Source: Desulfobulbus propionicus DSM 2032
GTDB taxonomy: Bacteria > Desulfobacterota > Desulfobulbia > Desulfobulbales > Desulfobulbaceae
Assembly (NCBI RefSeq): GCF_000186885.1
Contig: NC_014972.1
Location: forward strand, 3,030,001-3,062,000
DNA: 32,000 bases
Direction: 5' to 3'
In this document: piece after piece, positions 16,515 to 26,115 of the stretch
Numbering within the stretch: the stretch's first letter is position 1
Layout: every line of letters begins with the position of its first letter
Position numbers and translations under genes: made by a program
The notes under the pieces: generated by a model
What the model was told of the DNA's origin: nothing
Database searches by the model: none
Seen by the model: the letters and a program-made list of their open reading frames with translations, nothing else

Positions 16515-18395
16515 ATGTGCGCATTGAATTTTCCCATACTGAAACGAACGCATCCTGTCTTCCCGGGAGTGCTTGCAATATTCGTTATTGGTGCCTTCTT
16601 TCTCGCCCTTCCCTTTCACCATGCGTGGGCGGCGCCTCAAGCAAGTATCAAAATCGCTTCCGGTCAAAAGGACACACCCGATCAACAATACCAAGCGGCA
16701 AAAAAGAATCTTTCGCGTCTTGAACAGGAAAAGGCGTTCGGCAAAGACCGGAGCAACTGGCTGAATAACGCAAGCAGTTTTCGACAACTTCATCGGTCGC
16801 AGAAAAAAGGAGAACTGGGGCCACCAAGCCTCTACATGACAGCAAAGGTCTACCGATTGACGTACAGTCGTTTCCACATTGCCGACGATCTGGACAAGGC
16901 TATGCTGGCGTATCGAGAATTGGCCGATCTCTATCCTGGCCATTACCTCGCCGATGACGCCCTTCTCGAAAGGGCAGAATTGCTTGCCGCCAATCGCGCC
17001 CATGAACAAGAGGTCCGCGCCTTGTACCAACAAATTGTCGATCTGTATCCCCAAGGGGACCAGTATCAAAAGGCTCGGACCTTTTTGTCTCCTCCCCAAA
17101 ACACAGAGGCAAAAAAAACAGCCGCCACCGCACCTTCCCCAATCGCGTCAAACGGTAACCTCGCGCACATTGCACCGGCTAAATTTTGGTCTTCCGCGGA
17201 ATACGGCAGGGTCGTGATCGAATCTTCGGCGCCCCTTTCCTTCAAGGAAACATTCAACCAAAGCAACGATCAGCACCACCGCCAGCTTGTGTTGGAGCTG
17301 GAGCAAAGCTTCATTGCCCCATCCTTGCGCGCCCCAACCCGCATGGAAGCCGGGCTCCTCAAGCAAGTTCAGACCATGCAGACCAACGACAAGACCGTGC
17401 AGGTGAGATTTGATTTCGAACCGTTTGCTGAATACAAGATTTTCACGTTGAATGACCCCTTTCGTATCATCGTCGATGTCCACGGACAGGGTGAGACAGT
17501 GAGCCTGGTCAGCAAGGACAAAGACCAGTCCCAGGCAGCTCCTGTTCCGGACCAACCTCTCCAAGGGACCACGGGCACGGTCAATGCCAACCCGATACCG
17601 ATTAGCCTAACCGATCTGAAAAAATTCCCGGCCGAGCAACGGCTGCCTCCCCAAGGGATAACACGTACGAAAAACAAAGAATCCCTTTCCCTCGCACAGC
17701 AATTGGGTCTTGGAGTGCGCAAGATCGTGATTGACCCGGGCCATGGAGGTAAGGACCCTGGAGCAATGGCCTTTGGCCTCAAGGAAAAGGACATCGTTCT
17801 GGCCATTGCCAAAAAGTTGGCCAACGTTCTCACGTCACGCTACAATTACGAGGTCATCCTCACCAGGACCAAGGATGTGTATCTTCCGCTTGAAAAACGC
17901 ACAGCGGTCGCAAATTCACAAAAATGTGACCTCTTCATTTCCATTCACATCAATGCCCACACCGATAAAGCCAGCGGCGGCATTGAAACCTACTTCCTCA
18001 ATTTAGCCACCGATGCGGGTGCCATGCGGGTGGCTGCGCTCGAGAATGCGACATCAACGCACAGCATTGGCGAATTGGAGGATATCTTGACCAATCTGAT
18101 GCGCAATGCCAAAATCGATGAATCGACCCGATTAGCCCGCTTCGTGCATACCACTCTCGTTTCGGGCTTGAAGGGCAAATATCCCGTTCGAGATCTGGGC
18201 GTGAAACAGGCGCCATTCTATGTATTGATCGGCGCGGAAATGCCAGCCATTCTTGCGGAATTGTCCTTCATTACCAATCCTGGCGAGGCAAAACTTTTAC
18301 AGACCGAGCAGTACCAAGACAGTATGGTCAACCAAATAGCCAATGGCATCAGCAATTATGTTGATCATCAGCGAACAGCCGCTGCCAGCCTGTGA
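16515..18395 (+). CDS. N-acetylmuramoyl-L-alanine amidase (signal peptide + TPR-like region + AMIN domain + Amidase_3)
   Basis: Start reassigned to ATG 16515 (MCALNFPILKR... followed by the hydrophobic signal FFLALPFHHAWA). AMIN-like segment RVVIESSAPLSF...VQVRFDF...PFRIIVDVHG. Catalytic domain IVIDPGHGGKDPGA, SIHINAH, GIETYF, ILAELSFITNP. Confidence 0.9.
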   Translation: MCALNFPILKRTHPVFPGVLAIFVIGAFFLALPFHHAWAAPQASIKIASGQKDTPDQQYQAAKKNLSRLEQEKAFGKDRSNWLNNASSFRQLHRSQKKGELGPPSLYMTAKVYRLTYSRFHIADDLDKAMLAYRELADLYPGHYLADDALLERAELLAANRAHEQEVRALYQQIVDLYPQGDQYQKARTFLSPPQNTEAKKTAATAPSPIASNGNLAHIAPAKFWSSAEYGRVVIESSAPLSFKETFNQSNDQHHRQLVLELEQSFIAPSLRAPTRMEAGLLKQVQTMQTNDKTVQVRFDFEPFAEYKIFTLNDPFRIIVDVHGQGETVSLVSKDKDQSQAAPVPDQPLQGTTGTVNANPIPISLTDLKKFPAEQRLPPQGITRTKNKESLSLAQQLGLGVRKIVIDPGHGGKDPGAMAFGLKEKDIVLAIAKKLANVLTSRYNYEVILTRTKDVYLPLEKRTAVANSQKCDLFISIHINAHTDKASGGIETYFLNLATDAGAMRVAALENATSTHSIGELEDILTNLMRNAKIDESTRLARFVHTTLVSGLKGKYPVRDLGVKQAPFYVLIGAEMPAILAELSFITNPGEAKLLQTEQYQDSMVNQIANGISNYVDHQRTAAASL

Positions 18396-18622
18396 TTGAG
18401 CGCGTCACTTTGCCGAATTTTCTTTATCGCAGGAAGTCAAGGCGGAATGGTTAGGAAAGTGCAGGCGAATCCTGTTCGATATCTACCTCGTTGCTCTTCG
18501 CTGCCCTCAAAACTGTGCGATAGTGGGTTGGCCCCTCTTTCTCTCATACCATCGCGGTGTGGAAACAATCTGTTCCCCGATGATTGATACGAACCGCGTA
18601 TCGTGCTAAATCCTGCAAAAAC

Positions 18623-18655
18623 AAAAAAAGCCGCCTTTTTGCAAGGCGGCTTTTT
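18623..18655. terminator. bidirectional rho-independent terminator (atp operon on minus strand, amidase on plus strand)
   Basis: GC stem gccgcc (18630-18635) / ggcggc (18645-18650), extendable by A:T pairs. Flanked by A7 (18623-18629) and T5 (18651-18655), so a U-run follows the hairpin on both strands. It lies 24 nt after the atpC stop. Confidence 0.87.
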
Positions 18656-18678
18656 CATATTACGTATTGGTAAACCAA

Positions 18679-19095
18679 TCAGTGTCGAGCTAATTCTGCG
18701 GTGCGCAGACGGGCCATCGCCCTTTGCAGGGCGGCTTCAGCACGGACTCGATTGATCTTTTCCGTTGCCTGCTGGGTTTGCGTCAGACGTTTCTCGGCTC
18801 GCTCTTTGGCTCGCAGGGCGCGATCCACGTCAATCTCGTTGCCAAACTCAGCGCTTTCGACAAGAAAAGTGATTTTGTTGTTTGAGACCTCGGTAAACCC
18901 TCCGGTCACCATCAAATATTTGGTCACACGGTCTTTCTTGAAGCTCAAGGTACCGGTTTTGATGGTACTTAAAAAAGGAGCATGATTGGCAAGTACACCA
19001 AACTCACCACCCACGCCGGGCGCAGTGACGATATCAACCTCTTCACTAACAACCGCTCCGTTCGGGGTTACAACTTCCAATTGAATTTGTGCCAT
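18679..19095 (-). CDS. atpC: F1 ATP synthase subunit epsilon
   Basis: 138 aa. Beta-sandwich N-terminus LEVVTPNG...V, C-terminal helical hairpin, last gene of the atp cluster. Confidence 0.94.
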   Translation of the reverse strand: MAQIQLEVVTPNGAVVSEEVDIVTAPGVGGEFGVLANHAPFLSTIKTGTLSFKKDRVTKYLMVTGGFTEVSNNKITFLVESAEFGNEIDVDRALRAKERAEKRLTQTQQATEKINRVRAEAALQRAMARLRTAELARH

Positions 19096-19123
19096 TGCTC
19101 GTACCTCAGATCAGAAAAAAGGA

Positions 19124-20560
<1,437 letters not shown>

Positions 20561-20594
20561 CTAAACTAGTCAAATACCAAGCGGTATCAAATTA

Positions 20595-21473
20595 TCATTT
20601 AAGCGCCTCGGCGCCGCCGACGATATCCATCAATTCGCCGGTAACAGCGGCTTGGCGTGCTTTGTTGTACAACCGGGTCAGGGCTGTGATCATATCTTTA
20701 CATGCGTTGGTGGCGTTATCCATGGCTGTCATACGGGCAGCATGTTCACTAGCGCCAACTTCCAGCATGGCATGGTAGATTTGTACATTGAGAAACAGGG
20801 GAAGCAGCACTTCCATGATCTCGTTGGGATCCGGTTCGTAGGTATAGGCACCGCCCGTTCCTACGGTTGACTGAGCTTCATCTTGCTCGGCGACGAGGGG
20901 CTTGATCGGCAGGAGTTCTTCCACTTCCGGTTTCTGGACTGCAACCGAATAGAATTTTCCGTAAACGATATCCACCTGATCGCTTTCGCCGGCAAGGAAG
21001 GCCTCAGTGATATTCTGAGAAATCTCACGGGCGTTGAACATCTGGAAGGAGCCCATGATATCGACAAACGACCGACGCAGTTTCCCAGATTTCTTGAATA
21101 CCTGGGTTCCTTTCTTCCCGACAGTGACGAAAGTGACGTTCTTGCCTTCGGCCTCGTACTGTTTTCTGAGTTTATCGGCAGTTTTAATGATGTTGGCATT
21201 AAAGCTACCGCATAGGCCGCGATCGGAAGTGACCACCACGATTTCGACGGTCTTTACCTCACGGACCTCCATCAAGGGAAGATCGGTGCTCTCCATGCCG
21301 CCAGACAAATCGCGCATGGCTTCGGCGAATTTCGCGGCATACGGTCGAAAGCGCTCCATCTTTTCCTGGGCGCCGCGCAGTTTCGCCGAGGCCACCATGT
21401 TCATGGCCTTGGTAATCTGCGCGGTTTTCTTTACACCGGCGATTTTATTTTTAACGTCCTTTAATCCAGGCAT
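20595..21473 (-). CDS. atpG: F1 ATP synthase subunit gamma
   Basis: 292 aa. N-terminus KDVKNKIAGVKKTAQITKAMNMVA, C-terminus ITGELMDIVGGAEAL-like (AVTGELMDIVGGAEALK). Confidence 0.97.
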   Translation of the reverse strand: MPGLKDVKNKIAGVKKTAQITKAMNMVASAKLRGAQEKMERFRPYAAKFAEAMRDLSGGMESTDLPLMEVREVKTVEIVVVTSDRGLCGSFNANIIKTADKLRKQYEAEGKNVTFVTVGKKGTQVFKKSGKLRRSFVDIMGSFQMFNAREISQNITEAFLAGESDQVDIVYGKFYSVAVQKPEVEELLPIKPLVAEQDEAQSTVGTGGAYTYEPDPNEIMEVLLPLFLNVQIYHAMLEVGASEHAARMTAMDNATNACKDMITALTRLYNKARQAAVTGELMDIVGGAEALK

Positions 21474-21491
21474 AAGAATTTACCCTTGTGC

Positions 21492-23015
21492 TCAGTTCAG
21501 GCCCTTTGTTGCCTTGAAGGTCTCACCAAAGGTTGCCAGTGTCTTTTTCATCTTCTCTTCCAACTCAGGAGAAATCACCTGCTTTTCGCGGAGTTCGTTG
21601 AAGATTGAAGGTTCGTTGGTCTCAATATAGCTATACAGTTCCTTCTCATAGTCAGCCAAGACGTTGACCGGGAATTTGTCCAGGAAGCCTTTGGTCCCCG
21701 CAAAGATAATGGTGACCTGCTTTTCCATGGGCAACGGCTGGTATTGCGGCTGCTTGAGGATTTCAACCAAACGTTCACCGCGGGTCAGCTGAGCCTGGGT
21801 GGCGGCATCGAGATCGGAACCGAAGCTGGCGAAAGCGGCCAGCTCGCGATACTGGGCCAAGTCAAGCCGCAGGGTACCGGCGACCTGCTTCATGGCCTTG
21901 ACCTGAGCGGCACCACCAACGCGGGAAACCGACAGACCGACGTTGATCGCCGGGCGGACGCCGGCGAAGAACAGGTTCGGTTCCAGATAGACCTGACCGT
22001 CGGTGATGGAGATAACGTTGGTCGGGATGAAGGCGGAAACGTCACCGGCCTGGGTCTCGATGATCGGCAGAGCGGTCAGGGAGCCGGCGCCGAGGGCATC
22101 GCTCACCTTGGAGGCGCGCTCCAGCAGACGGGAGTGGTTGAAGAAAATGTCGCCCGGATAGGCCTCACGTCCCGGAGGACGACGGAGCAGCAGGGAGAGT
22201 TCGCGGTAAGCGACAGCCTGTTTGGAAAGATCATCGTAGATGATCAGGGCGTGCTGTCCTTTATCGCGGAAGTATTCACCCATGGCGCAGCCGGCAAAGG
22301 CGGAGACATACTGCATCGGCGCGGGGTCGGAGGCGCAGGCGGCGACTACGGTGGTGTACTCCATGGCACCGTGCTTACGCAGGGCCTCGACAACCAGGGC
22401 CACAGTGGATTTTTTCTGACCGATGGCAACGTAGATACAATGCACATCCGTGTTCTTTTGGGCGATGATCGCGTCGACACACAGCGCGGTCTTGCCGATC
22501 TGACGGTCACCGATGACCAGCTCGCGCTGACCGCGACCAACCGGGGTCATGGCGTCGACCGCCTTGGCGCCGGTGTAGCATGGCTCGTGCACGCTCTTCC
22601 GCGCGATAACACCAGGGGCGAGGACTTCGATCTTGCGGGTTTCTGAGGCGCTGATCGGACCCTTGCCATCGATCGGCTGCCCAATACCGTCCACAACACG
22701 GCCTTCCATTTCCGGACCAACCGGCACCTCGGCGATGCGCCCTGTCCGTTTGACGATATCGCCTTCTTTAATGTCGCGAACATCACCAAGGATGGCGCAA
22801 CCAACATTGTCGGCCTCAAGGTTCAGTGCCAAGCCAAAAATTCCGCCGGGGAACTCGAGCAACTCCATGGCCTGACAATTTTCAACACCATAGACGCGGG
22901 CAATACCGTCACCGACAGACAACACGGTTCCGGTTTCCTTCAAGTCGATATCTGCTTTATAGCCAGCAATCTGATCTTTTATAATCTGGCTGATTTCTTC
23001 GGCTTTGATCTGCAT
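21492..23015 (-). CDS. atpA: F1 ATP synthase subunit alpha
   Basis: 507 aa. P-loop [37 protein letters not shown]. Confidence 0.98.
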   Translation of the reverse strand: MQIKAEEISQIIKDQIAGYKADIDLKETGTVLSVGDGIARVYGVENCQAMELLEFPGGIFGLALNLEADNVGCAILGDVRDIKEGDIVKRTGRIAEVPVGPEMEGRVVDGIGQPIDGKGPISASETRKIEVLAPGVIARKSVHEPCYTGAKAVDAMTPVGRGQRELVIGDRQIGKTALCVDAIIAQKNTDVHCIYVAIGQKKSTVALVVEALRKHGAMEYTTVVAACASDPAPMQYVSAFAGCAMGEYFRDKGQHALIIYDDLSKQAVAYRELSLLLRRPPGREAYPGDIFFNHSRLLERASKVSDALGAGSLTALPIIETQAGDVSAFIPTNVISITDGQVYLEPNLFFAGVRPAINVGLSVSRVGGAAQVKAMKQVAGTLRLDLAQYRELAAFASFGSDLDAATQAQLTRGERLVEILKQPQYQPLPMEKQVTIIFAGTKGFLDKFPVNVLADYEKELYSYIETNEPSIFNELREKQVISPELEEKMKKTLATFGETFKATKGLN

Positions 23016-23018
23016 TGA

Positions 23019-23567
23019 TTATTCTCTCCCCTTGATAGATTCCTTTAATCCATTCAGTTGTGTCTTTATACTTCCGTCCAGCACCAAGTCACCAACCTTG
23101 GCTATAATCCCGCCTATAATGGACGGATCGACCTGGGTTTCAAGTATAACCTTATTTCCTGTCAGTTTTTCCAATGTTGCCTGAATCTTGTCCAGCAAGG
23201 TCTGGTCAAGTTCAATGGCGGAAATGATGGATCCATGGCTGATATTCTGATCCTTGTCCACCATCACCTGCATTTCCATGGCGATGTCGGGCAAGATATC
23301 GGCACGCTTCTTTTCAACCAGCAGATTCAAAAAGCTGGTCATGATCGCGTCTGCCTGAACGGATTCCGCGATCTTGGCCATGACTTTCTGCCGAACATCC
23401 AGCGGATACAGCGGGTTGTTCAGAGCATCGCCCACGCCGGTTTCTCCTTCACCGTACAAGCCGGCGATGGCATTGAGCATCTCACTGTATTCGCCGGTTT
23501 TTCCCTGCTCCTTTCCCAAGGAAAAGAGCGCTTTTGCATATCGACGAGCTAGTATTGTCTGTCTCAC
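23019..23567 (-). CDS. atpH: F1 ATP synthase subunit delta (OSCP)
   Basis: 182 aa. N-terminus ILARRYAKALF, position between b and alpha. GTG start overlaps the atpF stop (GTGA). Confidence 0.92.
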   Translation of the reverse strand: MRQTILARRYAKALFSLGKEQGKTGEYSEMLNAIAGLYGEGETGVGDALNNPLYPLDVRQKVMAKIAESVQADAIMTSFLNLLVEKKRADILPDIAMEMQVMVDKDQNISHGSIISAIELDQTLLDKIQATLEKLTGNKVILETQVDPSIIGGIIAKVGDLVLDGSIKTQLNGLKESIKGRE

Positions 23568-24292
23568 TGTACCGCACCCACTCTTTCAAGATACTGTTCA
23601 GTAATCGCGACCTGATCCGCAGGGGTCAGATTCTTCACGATCAACTCTTCAGCCATGGCCGCCGCCTGCTCCGCAATCTCTTCCCGGAGAATACGCTTGG
23701 CATCTTCCAGCTCAGCCTGCACGGCTGCCTCAGCCTGACGCTTGATATCTTCAGCGGCCTTTTCGGCATCCGCTAAAATTCGCTCTTTTTCCACCTGTGC
23801 CTGGGCGATCGCCCGCTCGACGATCAGCTCCATTTCCTTTTCCATGCCGGCGAGCTTAACCTCAAAATCCTTATAGGCTCGTTCCGCCTCGTCACGCCGA
23901 GCAGTGAGATCTTCGAGTTCTTCGCGGATCTGTTGCTGCCGACCGCTCAAACCGGACATGATCGGCTTGGCGCCGAATTTGACCAGAATGACGACCAGGG
24001 CGAGAAAATTGACCGCCCGCCAAAACAAATCTTTCAATTTTTCCGGCGACAACGAGCCGCCGTGCGCCTCTCCATGCCCCGCATCGCCATGGGCATCAGC
24101 CTTGGCACCGTGGGTATCGGCGGCCACCTCGTGACCCGCAGCCGCAGGGGCAGCGGCGTGTGTGTCGGCTTTCACCTCCTGATGCGGAGCGGCGGCCGGG
24201 GTTTCGGTGGCGGCGGCGATGGCCGGCGGCAACGCGCCGATCAAAATCGCCAGCAACACCGACCGTACTACAGTTGTGATGCAAGTTCTCAT
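23564..24292 (-). CDS. atpF: Fo ATP synthase subunit b with signal-peptide-like N-terminus and His/Ala-rich extension
   Basis: 242 aa. A b-type TM (FWRAVNFLALVVILVKFG) and a charged coiled coil occupy the C-terminal ~160 aa. About 80 extra N-terminal residues are described in the findings. ATG overlaps the b' stop (ATGA). Confidence 0.88.
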   Translation of the reverse strand: MRTCITTVVRSVLLAILIGALPPAIAAATETPAAAPHQEVKADTHAAAPAAAGHEVAADTHGAKADAHGDAGHGEAHGGSLSPEKLKDLFWRAVNFLALVVILVKFGAKPIMSGLSGRQQQIREELEDLTARRDEAERAYKDFEVKLAGMEKEMELIVERAIAQAQVEKERILADAEKAAEDIKRQAEAAVQAELEDAKRILREEIAEQAAAMAEELIVKNLTPADQVAITEQYLERVGAVQ

Positions 24293-24720
24293 GCGTCCAG
24301 ACTCCTTCCAAGTATCTTTCCTGCCATTGCCTGGGCGAAACCCGCGGCATTTCCTTGAAGCTCTTTTCTGGCGGCCTCCATCTGCGACCGAAGCTCGGCC
24401 AGTTGTTTTTCCTTCACGCTATCGGATTCCTTGCGGATCGTCGCCAATTTCTCGGCACCGGCTGTTTGAGCCTGGGCGCGGGCGCCATCCAAGGCTTTCT
24501 TGGCCTTGCTGCTCGCCTCCCGCATTTTTGCGTCCAGTTCTGCTTGGCGCTGACGGGCATTCTGCTCGAATTGAGCAACATCGCCATTCAGGGATTCGAT
24601 TTTTTGGGCCCGCTTTTCCAGGATTCCCAGCACGGGCTTGTACAGAATTGCATTGAGGACGAACATCAATACAATCATGTTCACAATGTGCATCAACAGT
24701 GTAACATCAATCGAAATCAT
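24289..24720 (-). CDS. Fo ATP synthase subunit b' (second b-type paralogue)
   Basis: 143 aa. N-terminal TM LLMHIVNMIVLMFVLNAILYKPV followed by a coiled coil. ATG at 24720 is preceded by AAGGGG. First gene of the cluster. Confidence 0.87.
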   Translation of the reverse strand: MISIDVTLLMHIVNMIVLMFVLNAILYKPVLGILEKRAQKIESLNGDVAQFEQNARQRQAELDAKMREASSKAKKALDGARAQAQTAGAEKLATIRKESDSVKEKQLAELRSQMEAARKELQGNAAGFAQAMAGKILGRSLDA

Positions 24721-24798
24721 ACTAACTACCCCTTATAACAGATAATATGGCAATTACCCGCCAAAGCAAGTGAATGGCGGTTCATCTTCCGCTCCGGA

Positions 24799-24827
24799 TA
24801 ACTACTGAAAAATGCAACTGCTGTCAA
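24799..24827 (-). promoter_or_regulatory. weak candidate sigma70-type promoter for the atp cluster
   Basis: On the minus strand: TTGACA (24827-24822), 17-nt spacer, TAGTTA (24804-24799), with an AT-rich stretch upstream. The -10 is poor, so this is tentative. Confidence 0.25.
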
Positions 24828-24861
24828 ATCTTTTTAAATAATATTTATAGGATTTTTCAGT
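24804..24861. repeat. perfect 10-bp inverted repeat ACTGAAAAAT / ATTTTTCAGT separated by 38 bp, upstream of the atp cluster
   Basis: 24804-24813 is the exact reverse complement of 24852-24861 (checked base by base). The repeat brackets the candidate -35 element. Confidence 0.8.
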
Positions 24862-25023
24862 TATGCTTGTTGCTGGTCTTGACAAAAACAACTCGGACGC
24901 GAATCCCTGCATCAGCAGGTCAGCGGCGCCTGCAAACAGACTTGCCCGCAGCGCGGAGCAAAAATAGCGTACCACCGGCAAATTGCCAAATGGTATTTTC
25001 CTTCCCTCCGTGTTTCTTCCTCC

Positions 25024-26031
25024 TCAGGGAACCGTGCCTGCCGAGTCGCCCACCCATCCCACCAACCGCTCCATCCCCTCATCGGTGGTCACCTGTTGAC
25101 GGTAGCCGAGCAGCTCTCTTGCCTTGCGATGACTGAACCAATGGGAGTGTGCCAGCTGATGGGCGAGAAAACGAGTCATTCGCGGTTCTTCCTCCTTGCC
25201 GAACACGGCATGCGCACTCTCCAACAGTGCTCCCGCCACATAGGCAAGGTTGAACGACAACCGCTGGGTGACCGGCGGGATTTGCAACCGATTGAACAAA
25301 TCGTTGATCCACGACCAGAGCTCGACCGGTTCATCCTGGCCGATGAAAAACGCCTGCCCGGCACCGCTGCCGCTAGCGTGGAGATTCTCCGACGCCAGGA
25401 GATGGGCATGGATCACATTGTCGATATAGGCGATATCGACACGATTACGGCCCGAGCCGACGATTTTCAACTGTCCGGCCCTGCCACGCGCCAGCAGTCG
25501 AGGAATGAGATGCTGGTCACCCGGGCCCCAAACCAGATGCGGCCGGAGGGCAATGGTCCGCAATTCATCGCCGTTGGCCCGCAGAACCGCCTGCTCGGCC
25601 ACGATCTTGGAGGCCGCGTAGTGGCATAACGGTCGGCGGGCATAGGGGATGCTTTCGTCGACCCCTTCAAGACTCTGCCGGTCGAAGACCACCGAAGGGG
25701 TCGAGGTGTAGACCAGCTTAGGCACGCCGTTTTTTCGGCAGGCAGCGATGACGTTCTTGGTGCCGGTGACGTTAATGGCAACGTATTCCTGACGTGGGCC
25801 CCAGATACCGGCCTTGGCGGCGACATGAAAGACGGTGTCCTGGCCAACCGTGACCTGCTCCAAAAAGCGGCGATCACGAATGTCGCCCTGCAAGCAGCGT
25901 ACTCCCAGGGCCGTGAGTTCCGGGTAGGGGTTGCGGCCCACCACCGTGACCTCGACGCCCCGGCTGACCAGCTCTCGCACCAGGGCCTTGCCGATAAAAC
26001 CGCCTCCGCCGGTGACCAACACCCTGTTCAT
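25024..26031 (-). CDS. oleD: OleD: NAD(P)H-dependent 2-alkyl-3-oxoalkanoate reductase (3-beta-HSD/extended SDR family)
   Basis: Rossmann motif VLVTGGGGFIGKAL right after ATG 26031 (SD GAGGGGAG upstream). YAASK catalytic pair, VYTSTPSV. Last gene after oleABC. The track start 26091 adds 20 unlikely residues. Confidence 0.85.
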   Translation of the reverse strand: MNRVLVTGGGGFIGKALVRELVSRGVEVTVVGRNPYPELTALGVRCLQGDIRDRRFLEQVTVGQDTVFHVAAKAGIWGPRQEYVAINVTGTKNVIAACRKNGVPKLVYTSTPSVVFDRQSLEGVDESIPYARRPLCHYAASKIVAEQAVLRANGDELRTIALRPHLVWGPGDQHLIPRLLARGRAGQLKIVGSGRNRVDIAYIDNVIHAHLLASENLHASGSGAGQAFFIGQDEPVELWSWINDLFNRLQIPPVTQRLSFNLAYVAGALLESAHAVFGKEEEPRMTRFLAHQLAHSHWFSHRKARELLGYRQQVTTDEGMERLVGWVGDSAGTVP

Positions 26032-26115
26032 GCTCCCCTCTCCTGCCCTGTTGTGATGTGTTTTCGCTGTCCACCCTGCCGTGTCCACCATCCGCCCCGG
26101 ATGGCCCCGCCTCTA

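Noticed and set aside
18437-18658. 73-aa minus-strand ORF in the amidase/atpC spacer
   Set aside because: It starts inside the bidirectional terminator hairpin, has no SD and shows no recognisable family.
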